From sequence record SRR22947725_4056: a stretch of DNA of 64,000 bases; one strand, written 5' to 3'. How positions within the stretch are numbered: position 1 is the first letter of the stretch; each line of letters starts with the position of its first letter. Positions 20,001-28,938 of the stretch are shown one piece after another. Below the pieces are notes generated by a model, which saw only the letters and a program-made list of their open reading frames with translations, searched no databases and was not told where the DNA came from. A program made the position numbers and the translations under genes.

Positions 20001-20727
20001 CGGCAAAACCCATGTTTTGGGTGCGCTTGATTCCTGGAACCACGAGTCCGCGGGTGCCATCGGGTTTGGGCATGTCAATAGCGATACCCAGGTTGATGTT
20101 GGCGGGGTGAACGGCGACGGGTTTGCCCTCAACCTCTTCGTAAAAAACATTCTGACTGGGAAGCTCCCGCAGCGCCTTAATCATGGCCCAGGCGATGAGG
20201 TGGGTGAAGGAAACTTTTCCGCCCCGCGTGCGGCGCAAATGGTTGTTCACGACTATTCGGTTATCGATCATCAACTTGGCCGGCACGGTTCGAACGCTGG
20301 TAGCGGTCGGGACCTGAAGGCTTTGGTCCATGTTCGCAGCGAGAGCCTTTGCCATGCCCTTCAGCGGAGAAACTTCATCGCTGGGTTCCGAAGCATCCTC
20401 AATCGGTGTCTCAGAGATCACGAGATTGGGGGAGGTGGGGGCCTCGGCAGGAATGGGTTGTTCTTGGGGACCAGCGGAGGTGGTTTTGGCAATGGGGGCC
20501 GTCATGGGGGAGGGGTCACTACCTGGTGACACCGCGGGTGCAACCGTCGCAGCCCCAGCATGGTCGGAGGAACGTGACTCGAAGAGCGGCCACCAACTCG
20601 TTTCAACGAGCTCGGGGTCCTTTTGATACAACGACCACAGTTCATCCACGAGCCATTCGTTCGCCCCGAATTCGACGGAATCCTTAACGGTGTCGCTTTC
20701 TGACACGCTTTTGTCGCTCACTCTCAC
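17011..20727 (-). CDS. kgd: Multifunctional 2-oxoglutarate decarboxylase/dehydrogenase (E2-E1 fusion, OdhA/Kgd)
   Basis: FGANEWLV N-terminus, acyltransferase motif YDHRVIQG, ThDP motif HGDAA...NN, RRRGHNE, WEAQFGDF. Confidence 0.96.
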   Translation of the reverse strand: MRVSDKSVSESDTVKDSVEFGANEWLVDELWSLYQKDPELVETSWWPLFESRSSDHAGAATVAPAVSPGSDPSPMTAPIAKTTSAGPQEQPIPAEAPTSPNLVISETPIEDASEPSDEVSPLKGMAKALAANMDQSLQVPTATSVRTVPAKLMIDNRIVVNNHLRRTRGGKVSFTHLIAWAMIKALRELPSQNVFYEEVEGKPVAVHPANINLGIAIDMPKPDGTRGLVVPGIKRTQNMGFADFLLAYEDVVSRAREGKLVADDYAGNTISLTNPGGIGTVHSVPRLMKGQACIIGAGALDYPAEFQGSSKRTLADLGIGKTITLTSTYDHRVIQGAGSGEYLGKVHGYLIGEEGFYEEIFASLRIPYMPIHWAEDIAINQAEMVNKTSRVQELINSFRVRGHLMADIDPLEYRQRSHPDLEIESHGLTFWDLDREFVTGGFGNRSTMLLREILGVLRDTYCRTIGIEYMHIQDPAQRSWFQEKLEKPYQKPDHDAQLRILSKLNQAEAFETFLQTKYVGQKRFSMEGAESTVSLVDEILQAATEAGLDEVAMAMAHRGRLNVLANIAGKTYGQIFREFEGTHDTKSVQGSGDVKYHLGTEGTYTSPSGASMPVYLAANPSHLEAVNGVLEGIVRAKQDRKEIGRFGVLPLVIHGDAAMAAQGVVLETLQMSQLRAYRTGGTVHVVVNNQVGFTTLPHDGRTSVYSTDVAKTIQAPIFHVNGDDPEAVLRIAEIAFAYRQAFKADVVIDIVCYRRRGHNEGDDPSMTQPLMYNLIEAKRSVRTLYTEALMGRGDLTEEELDAAQKDFQGRLEEAFQETHAAQTGAITVIPNDDGAIAGVERPGSQRDNDVAGEPETTGIDSSVLALIGDAHANQPPGFTTHPKLQPLLDKRREMSRGGDIDWSFGELAALGSLLLEGTPVRLVGQDSRRGTFVQRHAVLHDRINGQEWLPLMNMSETQARLWIYDSLLSEYAALGFEYGYSVERPDALVMWEAQFGDFVNGAQTVIDEFISSAEQKWGQRSSVVLLLPHGFEGQGPDHSSARIERFLQLAAEDNMIISRPSTPASYFHLLRRQAYARPRKPLIVFTPKAMLRLRGATSSVDDFTTGRFQPVLDDPGVADASSIGTVLMVAGKIYYDLQSEISKRGITNIAVVRLEQYYPFPAVDLQQVASRYPGAKFVWVQDEPENQGAWPFVMVEAASAGLPPMTVVSRPRSASPATGSSKRSQGEAQLILDRALGS

Positions 20728-20821
20728 GTTGCCGGCCTGTATCTAAAACTCTATCGGCTTTGCTGTGAGAAACCTTTCAGTCCGGGCGGCGAGGTGCGCC
20801 CCGATGCTAGTATTCGTGGTG

Positions 20822-20896
20822 ATGAGTGACTCCTCCTCCGGTAGTTCTGAGCCCGGCCATAAACCCTGGGGCACCCGCAGGGTGGGTGCCCGTTGA
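20822..20896 (+). CDS. Putative 24-aa leader peptide MSDSSSGSSEPGHKPWGTRRVGAR
   Basis: Follows TGCTAGTAT (extended -10-like, 20805-20813). Its TGA overlaps the TTG start of the downstream gene (TTGA). Confidence 0.45.
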   Translation: MSDSSSGSSEPGHKPWGTRRVGAR

Positions 20897-22212
20897 GCAC
20901 AGATCTCCTCCTTTTCACGATCGGTGTGTGTCTCGCACTCGGTACCGGCGTCTTCGTGGGCAGCGAGTTCGCGCTTCTCAACCTTGACCGTTCAGATTTG
21001 GAAGCCAGGCGAGCAAAAGGTGAAAAAGGGCACCGGATTACCATTTCCGCTCTCAAGCAAACCTCGACGCATCTCTCCAGTGCTCAATTAGGTATTACTC
21101 TCACCACCATTTTGACCGGCTACACCATGGAGCCAGCAATTTCGTCGATGCTGGAGGGGCCGCTTCGCGCGCTGGGTCTTCCCGAAGACTTTCTCCGGCC
21201 GGTGGGTGGGGTTTTAGGAATTCTCCTGGCCACCTTGATTTCGATGATTTTTGGGGAATTAGTTCCCAAGAACTACGCACTGTCCGTCCCCCGCGCGACA
21301 GCGCGGCTGCTGGTCCCCTTGCAGGTCGCGTTCACGTGGACGTTTAGACCCTTCATCGCGGTATTGAACGGAAGTGCCAACAGGATACTCCGGGCCATGG
21401 GTATCGAACCCAAAGAGGAGCTCTCTGCTGCCAGGACAGCTGATGAGCTCTCCAGCCTCGTGCAGCGCTCGGCGCTGCAAGGGCTCTTGGAAGATGACAC
21501 CGCCACCTTGCTCTCGCGAACCATTGAGTTCTCCAGCCACAATGCCGTGGATGTGATGACGCCTCGAACCAAGGTGGAGAGCCTCCACCGCAGTGATACC
21601 GCCGAAGATGTCATTGCCTTGGCGAAGAAGACGGGATTCTCCCGGTTCCCCGTCATCGATGAATCCTTGGATGACATTCGCGGTGTTGTTCATGTAAAAC
21701 AAGCCATTGCTGTTCCCTTTGATAAGCGTTCGGAGGTTCCCGCCTCCGCCCTACAATCCGATGTCATCCGGGTTCCAGAAACCATGACCTTGGATGTGTT
21801 GCTCACCGAGCTTCGGGGCCGTGGATACCAGGTGGCAATCGTGGTGGATGAATATGGCGGAACCTCTGGCATCGCCACCCTCGAAGACCTCGTGGAGGAA
21901 CTCATTGGCGAAGTCGCTGACGAACACGACCGAGCATCGCTGGATGTGGTCAGGGCCAGAGACTGGTTCACCTTCCCTGCCGATTTGCGACCCGACGAAC
22001 TTGAAGAGCGCACCGGGGTTCCTGTTCCAGAAAATGGCCACTACGAAACGATTGCCGGGTTCATTTTGGAATCCCTGGGTCGCATGGCTGAGGTGGGGGA
22101 CACCGTGGAGATTCCGCTGGGAGAATTTCGCGTGGAGCGCATGGATAACCGGCGTATCGATCGAGTTCGTTTTACCCCACAGGTTAATAGTCAGGAGGTG
22201 ACACTGCTGTGA
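20893..22212 (+). CDS. Hemolysin-family HlyC/CorC (CNNM/DUF21-CBS-CorC) membrane protein
   Basis: FVGSEFAL, QLGIT, GELVPKN, CBS pair (FSRFPV, VVDEYGG, TLEDLVEEL), C-terminal CorC domain. Confidence 0.92.
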   Translation: MSTDLLLFTIGVCLALGTGVFVGSEFALLNLDRSDLEARRAKGEKGHRITISALKQTSTHLSSAQLGITLTTILTGYTMEPAISSMLEGPLRALGLPEDFLRPVGGVLGILLATLISMIFGELVPKNYALSVPRATARLLVPLQVAFTWTFRPFIAVLNGSANRILRAMGIEPKEELSAARTADELSSLVQRSALQGLLEDDTATLLSRTIEFSSHNAVDVMTPRTKVESLHRSDTAEDVIALAKKTGFSRFPVIDESLDDIRGVVHVKQAIAVPFDKRSEVPASALQSDVIRVPETMTLDVLLTELRGRGYQVAIVVDEYGGTSGIATLEDLVEELIGEVADEHDRASLDVVRARDWFTFPADLRPDELEERTGVPVPENGHYETIAGFILESLGRMAEVGDTVEIPLGEFRVERMDNRRIDRVRFTPQVNSQEVTLL

Positions 22213-23246
22213 GTGACTGGGCTGGATTGGCGTGGTTAGTGGTGTTGCTGGCGGCTAACGCTTTCTTTGTGGGGGCAGAATTTGCGGTGATTGCTGCGAA
22301 GCGTTCCCGGATTGAGCCGCTGGCAGATGGGGGCAGCAAGCGTGCTAAGACCTCCCTCTATGCCATGGAAAACGCGACCTTAATGCTGGCGACCTGCCAG
22401 CTTGGGATCACGGTGTGTTCGCTGATGATTTTGTTGGTATCTGAACCTGCCCTCCACCACCTGTTAGAGGGCCCGCTAGGTTTCGTGGGGCTTCCTGCAG
22501 GTGCCGTGTCGGGAGTATCGTTTGCCATCGCACTCCTGGTGGTCACTTATCTTCACGTGGTGCTTGGCGAAATGGTTCCCAAGAACATTTCGTTTTCCCT
22601 GCCGGATAAAGCAGTCCTTCTCTTGGCCCCACCCCTGGTATTCATCTCCAAGGTCATCTCCCCCATCATCCGAGGGATGAACGCGATTGCCAACGGGATT
22701 CTGCGCTTGACCAGGGTGGAACCGAAAGCTGAGGCCACCAGCGCCTATACCTTGGATGAGGTCGCCACGATCGTGGCGGAATCAACGAAGACCGGAATGC
22801 TCTCTGACCATTCCGGGGCGCTGAGTGCGGCGTTTGATTTCACGACGAAGACGGTGGCAGACGTCACCATTTCTCTCGAAAACCTGGTCACACTTCCCGA
22901 GGATGCCACCCCCAGGGATGTGCAACAAGCCGTCACGCAACGCGGATTTAGCCGCTATGTCTTGGTCAACGAGACCGGTGACCCCACCGGCTATGTCCAT
23001 ATCAAGGACCTACTGGACGCTGATGATGGCGAAGGGGATTACCCCGTTCCACCGCGTCGCATTAGGAGCCTGGTCGCCCTCACCGACACCGTCGATTTAG
23101 AAGATGCTCTCGCCACGTTGCGAGCAACAGGAACACACCTCGCCAAGGTCACCAACACAGTGGGCGACACCACGGGGGTGCTGTTCTTGGAGGACATTAT
23201 TGAAGAGCTCGTGGGTGAAGTGAGGGATGCGACCACCCGCCACTAA
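22209..23246 (+). CDS. Second CNNM/DUF21-CBS protein (no CorC domain)
   Basis: NAFFVGAEFA, QLGIT, GEMVPKN, FLEDIIEELVGE. GTGA overlap with the upstream gene. Confidence 0.92.
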   Translation: MSDWAGLAWLVVLLAANAFFVGAEFAVIAAKRSRIEPLADGGSKRAKTSLYAMENATLMLATCQLGITVCSLMILLVSEPALHHLLEGPLGFVGLPAGAVSGVSFAIALLVVTYLHVVLGEMVPKNISFSLPDKAVLLLAPPLVFISKVISPIIRGMNAIANGILRLTRVEPKAEATSAYTLDEVATIVAESTKTGMLSDHSGALSAAFDFTTKTVADVTISLENLVTLPEDATPRDVQQAVTQRGFSRYVLVNETGDPTGYVHIKDLLDADDGEGDYPVPPRRIRSLVALTDTVDLEDALATLRATGTHLAKVTNTVGDTTGVLFLEDIIEELVGEVRDATTRH

Positions 23247-23270
23247 CCGGGCCGAATGAAGGGGTAAACG

Positions 23271-24185
23271 ATGGAAAAGTTTTTGGTTCTGGGTGAAGCA
23301 CTCACCGATTGTGTCATTACCGGCGAGGTGGTGACGGAAACGCCCGGCGGGTCGCCGATGAATGTGGCAATTGGTTTGGCACGGCTCGATCACGAAGTAA
23401 CCATGGCTACGCGATATGGATCCGATTCCCGAGGAGTCGCTCTCGCGAACCATCTGAGCGAAAGCGGGGTGGCGCTGATTGCTGAGGGAAATCAGGCGGC
23501 GAGGACATCGAGTGCCCAGGCAACGATTGCCGCCGATGGTTCTGCGGATTACGTTTTTGACCTGAATTGGGACCTCACCACGGCCATGGTCCCCTCTGGT
23601 GAGGTGACCCATGTTCACACTGGCTCTATCGGTGCCACCTTGCAACCAGGAGCAGTGTCGGTGGAGGAAGTTCTGCGGCGGGAAAAAGAAGCCGGCGCCA
23701 GCGTGAGTTATGACCCCAATGCTCGCCCCATCATTATGGGTAAACCCGAGGATGTGTTGCCCCTGGTGGAGCGACTGGTGGGGCTCAGTGATGTGGTTAA
23801 GGCAAGTGATGAAGATATTGCCTGGCTTTATCCCGACACACCCCGTGAGCAGGTTGTGTCCCAGTGGCGGGAGAGGGGCGTTTCTCTTGTTGTGGTCACC
23901 CTCGGCGAAGAGGGGGTGGAGGCGTGGAGCGCGTCGGACCACGTCACCCTGCCCGCCCAGGTCACCACAGTGTCGGACACTATCGGGGCAGGGGATTCAT
24001 TTATGTCGGGCCTGCTTTCCGCGCTGTCACAGCGATCCCTTCTCGGTAAACGGTCGGCCGATGCGCTCCGGGGGATTTCTCGGGAAGACCTGGCAGAAGT
24101 CCTTCGATTTGCTCTCACGTGTGCGGGCATAACGGTCTCGCGGACCGGCGCAAACCCGCCTCGATCAGCCGAGGTGGCGGCGTAA
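23271..24185 (+). CDS. PfkB-family carbohydrate kinase (fructokinase-like)
   Basis: PGGSPMNVA, YDPNARP, VKASDED, DTIGAGDSF. Confidence 0.92.
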   Translation: MEKFLVLGEALTDCVITGEVVTETPGGSPMNVAIGLARLDHEVTMATRYGSDSRGVALANHLSESGVALIAEGNQAARTSSAQATIAADGSADYVFDLNWDLTTAMVPSGEVTHVHTGSIGATLQPGAVSVEEVLRREKEAGASVSYDPNARPIIMGKPEDVLPLVERLVGLSDVVKASDEDIAWLYPDTPREQVVSQWRERGVSLVVVTLGEEGVEAWSASDHVTLPAQVTTVSDTIGAGDSFMSGLLSALSQRSLLGKRSADALRGISREDLAEVLRFALTCAGITVSRTGANPPRSAEVAA

Positions 24186-24244
24186 CTTTCCGGTAGGGAA
24201 CGCTCCTGCACCCTTGATACGAGCCCCAGGGGTGCCAGTCGTGT

Positions 24245-25453
24245 TTAGCGAGCAGGCGTAGCCAATAAGGCTGAGATCGCCGCTCCCACAGCGTCTGACT
24301 CAATCAGGAAGCCATCGTGGCCATAGGGGGATTCGACCACCTGGGCTCTATTCCCGGAGAGCGAGTGAGGGATGTGGTGGGCCAACTCGTGCTGCTGTTC
24401 TATGGGGAACAACCGATCGCTATCGATTCCCAACACCAACGTGGGCGTGGAGATGGCTCCGAGCACCTCACTGAGGCCTCCTCGGTCTCTGGTGACATCG
24501 TGGGAGTTCATTGCTTCGGCGAGGGCGATGTAGGAATTAGCATCAAAACGCCTTGTGAATTTGTTGCCGTGAAAATCGAGGTAACTTTCCACGGCGAATC
24601 GACCTTTGTCTCCCAGTGGTGATTTAGCGCTCTGCCACGTTCGTTCGAACCGCTCATTGAGCTCGCTGGGAGAGCGGTAGTTGATCAGCGCCATGCGCCT
24701 GGCGAGAGCAAGGCCCCGGTAGGGGCCCTCCGCCTGGTCATAAAAATCTCCGCCGGCAAAGAGGGAATCAACCCGAATGGCCTCAGTTTGGAGCGAATTT
24801 CCTCCGAGCTGGTCGGCGCTGGTGATGGCGCATGTCGCGATCAGGGCCAATCGGGAATAAGTGCCGGGGAATTGCAGTGCCCATTCCAGCGCGTGCATGC
24901 CCCCCATGGAGCCACCGATAACACTGTGAAAAAGAGAGATTCCCAGCTCGTCGCCCAATGCCTTCGCGGCACGGACTTGATCCCGAATGGTGAGATAGGG
25001 AAACGAGCTGCCCCATTCCCGTCCCAGAGGAGAGTAGCTCGAGGGGCCGGTGGATCCTTGGCAACCACCGAGGACGTTCGGCACAATTACGCAGTATTGC
25101 GTGGTGTCCAGGGCTAAGCCTGGACCGACGAGCGGGGACCACCAGCCCGCGGTGGGGTGTCCGGGACCAGAGGCACCGGTGACGTGAGAATCACCGGTGA
25201 GGGCGTGGAACACCAGAAGGGCGTTTGAGCCGTCTTCGTTGAGTTCACCAAAAGTTTCATAGGCCAGACGGACGTGAGGGAAAGTCTCGCCGTGTTCAGT
25301 GTCAAAAGCCCCGAGACCCGCGAAAAGTCGATTACCGGGGCGGTCCCCGTCTCGCCAGGCCCCAGTGACCGGGGGTGTCCCGCGGAGGGTCGCCTGCTGA
25401 GCTTCGGAGATGAAGGCCGAAGGCACTGACTCTGCCGGTGATTGCCAATCCAT
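24245..25453 (-). CDS. metX: Homoserine O-acetyltransferase
   Basis: HALTGDSH, nucleophile elbow GGSMGG, RFDANSY, GHDGFL. Confidence 0.95.
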   Translation of the reverse strand: MDWQSPAESVPSAFISEAQQATLRGTPPVTGAWRDGDRPGNRLFAGLGAFDTEHGETFPHVRLAYETFGELNEDGSNALLVFHALTGDSHVTGASGPGHPTAGWWSPLVGPGLALDTTQYCVIVPNVLGGCQGSTGPSSYSPLGREWGSSFPYLTIRDQVRAAKALGDELGISLFHSVIGGSMGGMHALEWALQFPGTYSRLALIATCAITSADQLGGNSLQTEAIRVDSLFAGGDFYDQAEGPYRGLALARRMALINYRSPSELNERFERTWQSAKSPLGDKGRFAVESYLDFHGNKFTRRFDANSYIALAEAMNSHDVTRDRGGLSEVLGAISTPTLVLGIDSDRLFPIEQQHELAHHIPHSLSGNRAQVVESPYGHDGFLIESDAVGAAISALLATPAR

Positions 25454-25474
25454 GGTGGCCCTATTCTCCCCTAC

Positions 25475-25510
25475 CCCTGGTGTTCTGGCGATTCCGCTGG
25501 AACACCAGGG
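25475..25510. terminator. Strong stem-loop between metY and metX (terminator or stabiliser)
   Basis: CCCTGGTGTTC (25475-25485) is the perfect reverse complement of GAACACCAGGG (25500-25510), just past the metY stop. Confidence 0.55.
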
Positions 25511-25527
25511 AGGGTGAGTCGAAACAA

Positions 25528-26838
25528 TTACGCTTTGGCTGAGACCTTCTTAGCTGCGCGGAACCCGATTTCGAGATCAGCGAGGATGTCATCGATGTGC
25601 TCAAGGCCCACGGACAAGCGAACGAGTCCCGGAGTCACACCACTGGTGAGTTGCTGTTCTGGGGTGAGCTGAGAGTGGGTAGTGGAGGCAGGGTGGATGA
25701 CGAGGCTTCGGACGTCACCGATGTTGGCAACGTGGCTAAAGAGCTCCACATTGTCGACGAATGCGCGTCCCGCATCCACGCCACCTTTGATTTCGAAAGA
25801 CAGCACCGCTCCGACGCCGTGCGGGGCATATCTGTTGGCAGCTTCCTTCCAAGGGCTTGAATCCAGCGCGGCATAGTTCACACTGGCAACCTGGTCATGT
25901 GATTCAAGCGACTGGGCGACGGTCAAAGCGTTCTCACAGTGGCGTTCCATCCGCAAGCTGAGCGTCTCGATTCCCTGAATCAGACCGAAGGCGTTATCCG
26001 GAGAGACCGCTGCGCCGACATCGCGCAACAACTGAACGCGGGCCTTGATGATGTATGCAATCGGGTCACCAAGAACGCCGGTGTAGCTGGCGCCGTGATA
26101 CGAGGGGTCTGGTTCTGTGAGCCCTGGGAACTTGTCCACGTGTTGTGACCAGGGGAATCTTCCGCCATCGACAATTGCTCCCGCGATTACGGTTCCGTGA
26201 CCGCCCAGGAACTTGGTAGCGGAGTGGACGACGATATCCGCTCCGTGCTCCAGTGGGCGAAGCAGGTAGGGGCTTGCAACCGTGTTGTCGACAATCAGCG
26301 GGAGCCCGTTCGAGTGAGCAACCCCAGAGACACCCTCGATGTCAAGGATGTTGATCCGAGGGTTGGCAATGGTTTCACCAAAGAAAGCTTTGGTGTTGGG
26401 CTGAACTGCCGCCTGCCACGCTTCGAGGTCGTCCTGGTCGTTCACGAAGGTGACATTAATCCCAAGCTTCGGCAACGTGTATTTGAACAGGTTGTAGGTT
26501 CCGCCATACACGACAGACGAGCTCACAATGTGGTCACCGGAGTGCGCGATATTCAAAATCGCGTTGGTCGTCGCTGCCTGACCCGAAGCGAGTAAGAGGG
26601 CTGCGGTTCCGCCCTCGAGGGCGGCGATGCGCTTCTCGGCAACATCTTGTGTGGGGTTCATGATGCGGGTGTAGATGTTGCCAAACTCCGCAAGAGCGAA
26701 AAGATTGGCGGCGTGCTCGGCGCTATCAAACACATACGCGGTGGTGCGATAAATCGGTGTTGCCCGCGAATTGGTTGTGGGGTCAGCGGCGGCGCCCGCG
26801 TGGATCTGTTGGGTTTCAAACTTCCAGTGGTCAGCCAT
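25528..26838 (-). CDS. metY: O-acetylhomoserine/O-acetylserine sulfhydrylase
   Basis: NIYTRIMNPT, PLP motif HSATKFLGGHG, HPASTTHSQL, VRLSVGLE. Confidence 0.95.
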   Translation of the reverse strand: MADHWKFETQQIHAGAAADPTTNSRATPIYRTTAYVFDSAEHAANLFALAEFGNIYTRIMNPTQDVAEKRIAALEGGTAALLLASGQAATTNAILNIAHSGDHIVSSSVVYGGTYNLFKYTLPKLGINVTFVNDQDDLEAWQAAVQPNTKAFFGETIANPRINILDIEGVSGVAHSNGLPLIVDNTVASPYLLRPLEHGADIVVHSATKFLGGHGTVIAGAIVDGGRFPWSQHVDKFPGLTEPDPSYHGASYTGVLGDPIAYIIKARVQLLRDVGAAVSPDNAFGLIQGIETLSLRMERHCENALTVAQSLESHDQVASVNYAALDSSPWKEAANRYAPHGVGAVLSFEIKGGVDAGRAFVDNVELFSHVANIGDVRSLVIHPASTTHSQLTPEQQLTSGVTPGLVRLSVGLEHIDDILADLEIGFRAAKKVSAKA

Positions 26839-26903
26839 GGTCGTGTCTTTCGGAGAGGGGGGACGTTCCCGGATGGGTGACGTGAGAGAAAGAATATTTC
26901 GGA

Positions 26904-26933
26904 GTTACCCCGCCCCGCACGGAGCGAGGTAAC
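26904..26933 (-). terminator. Hairpin downstream of the ung-GNAT genes and upstream of metY
   Basis: Minus strand GTTACCTCGCTCCG-TG-CGGGGCGGGGTAAC pairs fully using G-U wobbles, which works only on this strand. Confidence 0.5.
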
Positions 26934-26952
26934 CGGGAGTAACACAAGGAAT

Positions 26953-27531
26953 TTAATTCAAAGATTTTTGCATCATGATGATGCCGAGCCAACGGTCAAA
27001 TTTGTAGCCCACCTTCCCCATTCGGCCTGTTTCCTTAAAGCCAAACCGGGTGTGTAATGCGAGGGAGGCCTCTGCTCCCTGGTCAGCAATTACCGCAATC
27101 ATTTCCTTGAGCCCTGCTTTTTCGCAGTGTTCGATGAGGTCACCCAGCAGTGTTCGGCCGAGCCCGCGACCGATCGCTGCTGGGCCCAAATAGAGGGAGC
27201 TCTCGACAGTTTTGCGAAAAGCAGATTTTTCTCGAAAGGGGAAAACATAGGCAAAACCTAGGAGGGTGCCCGCCGGGGAGAGCGCCAAGCGAAAGGGATA
27301 ACCCAGTTTCTGGAGGTGGAGAAAACGGGACTTGTAGGCAGCCAGTGTGGGAGCCTTTTCATCAAAAGTCACAACGGAATTGCGGACATAGTGCCGATAC
27401 AGCGCCAAGACGGCGGGCATGTCCTGAAGTGTTGCCTCCCGGAGTGTGTAGGTGAACTCGGCGGGAAGAGGTGCGGGTGGCGCACCAGCGCGGGGACGTT
27501 TGCGTCGTGGTTGGTATTCGTGCTCAAGCAT
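26953..27531 (-). CDS. GNAT N-acetyltransferase (phosphinothricin/methionine-sulfoximine acetyltransferase-like)
   Basis: SVVTFDE, VESSLYL, GRGLGR, SLALHTRFGF, GYKFDRW. TGATG overlap with the ung stop. Confidence 0.88.
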   Translation of the reverse strand: MLEHEYQPRRKRPRAGAPPAPLPAEFTYTLREATLQDMPAVLALYRHYVRNSVVTFDEKAPTLAAYKSRFLHLQKLGYPFRLALSPAGTLLGFAYVFPFREKSAFRKTVESSLYLGPAAIGRGLGRTLLGDLIEHCEKAGLKEMIAVIADQGAEASLALHTRFGFKETGRMGKVGYKFDRWLGIIMMQKSLN

Positions 27532-28235
27532 CAGTCCCCCTCTTCGAGAGTCCAATCTAGGGGAGCGAGCCCAGCTTTTTCCAGAATGTGATTCGTCCTA
27601 GAAAACGGCCGCGAGCCGAAAAAGCCTCTCCGGGCGGACAGGGGACTCGGGTGAGCGGAAGCGACGACGGGTAAGTCCCCGCAGTCCTCTGCAAGTTTCT
27701 GCGCTTCGCGCCCCCACAAGATGACCACACAGGGGCGCCCGGAATGTGCGATGCTGCGCACCACAGCACTGGTGAAAGCACCCCATCCCACGTCCTGGTG
27801 GGCGCCTGTTGTCCCGCTCAGCGTGGTGAGGTGGCGGTTGAGTAACAGCACCCCTCTCGAGCACCACGCCGAAAGATCGCCATGTGGGGGCAGATTCAAC
27901 CCGAGGTCGCTCCGCAGTTCCCAGCGAATGTTTTTCAGGCTTGCCGGCAGCGGCGACACATCTCGATTCACCGAGAACGCTAAGCCCGATGCCATGCCGG
28001 CACCGGGATATGGGTCCTGACCGATGATGATGACTCGGACCTGGTCTGGTTCGATCTCAAACGCCCGCATCACCAGGTGGGGTGGGGGTGCGATCGTTTC
28101 TCGGGGATAGTCAGAATCGAGCCGCGCGCCAATCAATGTCAGCTCCGCCAACGCGTTTGGGCCAAGCGTTCTTTTCCAGGCAGGGGAAAGCTGGGAGAGC
28201 AGGAAAGATTCCATACTCTGGGTCACGGGGAACAA
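27531..28235 (-). CDS. ung: Uracil-DNA glycosylase (family 1); start uncertain (28235, 28226 or 28214)
   Basis: GQDPY, GLAFS, GVLLLN, HPSPLS. Confidence 0.93.
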   Translation of the reverse strand: MFPVTQSMESFLLSQLSPAWKRTLGPNALAELTLIGARLDSDYPRETIAPPPHLVMRAFEIEPDQVRVIIIGQDPYPGAGMASGLAFSVNRDVSPLPASLKNIRWELRSDLGLNLPPHGDLSAWCSRGVLLLNRHLTTLSGTTGAHQDVGWGAFTSAVVRSIAHSGRPCVVILWGREAQKLAEDCGDLPVVASAHPSPLSARRGFFGSRPFSRTNHILEKAGLAPLDWTLEEGD

Positions 28236-28862
28236 CTACTGCGTGGTCGAGCTGCGCATGGCCGCTACGAGAGCCATGCCTTGGTCATACGCGGGGCGAC
28301 CACCGGGTTGTATGAGCGCCGAATACCATGCGTCCTGAAACAGCTCATTGTGGAGGGCGGAAACAATTGCTTCATCCCCCCAAATCCAGTAGGTCAAGCC
28401 GGTTCCGTCGAGCGTTTGGCCCACGTTCAGGTTTTGCGCTACGAGATCCGCGATAACCGTGGGTCGAATAGCCGGGTCAATGGGGGCGGCACTTAGCAAG
28501 ATACTGAGGCCTGACTCTTCGTCATTGGGAAGGCCATACAGACAGGACAGACCACCTACAAGCTCTTCTGGTGTTTGGCCATCGGTGTAGATGGGTTCTG
28601 CGCTGGGGCTGCCCGGCCCTCTCAGAAGCGCGATCCCTTCTGACGCAAACTCCTCTATAAAAGCGGGCGGGAGGAGATCGGCGCAGCTGGTTGGCGGCAT
28701 GAAGATGAGGGGTGCAGGAGGGGCTTCTGGTGGCGGGGCAGCCTCTACCACGGGGATGTCTGTTTCGAGGGTGAGCTCGCTCGTTCCACCACACCCGGTG
28801 AGGACCACCAACACAACAGCCGCTGCAGCAGTGATGAGCGGGCGCCGCAACGATGCAGCCAT
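28236..28862 (-). CDS. Hypothetical lipoprotein
   Basis: AGGAGG SD, signal peptide with lipobox LTGC, Pro-rich linker, paired cysteines. Confidence 0.75.
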   Translation of the reverse strand: MAASLRRPLITAAAAVVLVVLTGCGGTSELTLETDIPVVEAAPPPEAPPAPLIFMPPTSCADLLPPAFIEEFASEGIALLRGPGSPSAEPIYTDGQTPEELVGGLSCLYGLPNDEESGLSILLSAAPIDPAIRPTVIADLVAQNLNVGQTLDGTGLTYWIWGDEAIVSALHNELFQDAWYSALIQPGGRPAYDQGMALVAAMRSSTTQ

Positions 28863-28938
28863 GGGGACCTCCTTGCTGGAAAGTATAGGCGCGCGCGCTT
28901 TGAACTCTCCGCTGGCATACCGGCGAAATCCTTGGACC

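Noticed and set aside
17011-20727. E2-E1 fusion in 2-oxoglutarate dehydrogenase as a novelty
   Set aside because: This is the standard actinobacterial OdhA/Kgd architecture.
20893-23246. 'Hemolysin' genes as toxins
   Set aside because: The DUF21-CBS(-CorC) architecture indicates CNNM/CorC metal-homeostasis proteins. The tandem pair is common in actinobacteria.
26839-26952. SAM riboswitch upstream of metY
   Set aside because: I could not recognise SAM-I or SAM-IV core sequences. The single hairpin is better explained as the terminator of the upstream genes. cmscan would settle it.
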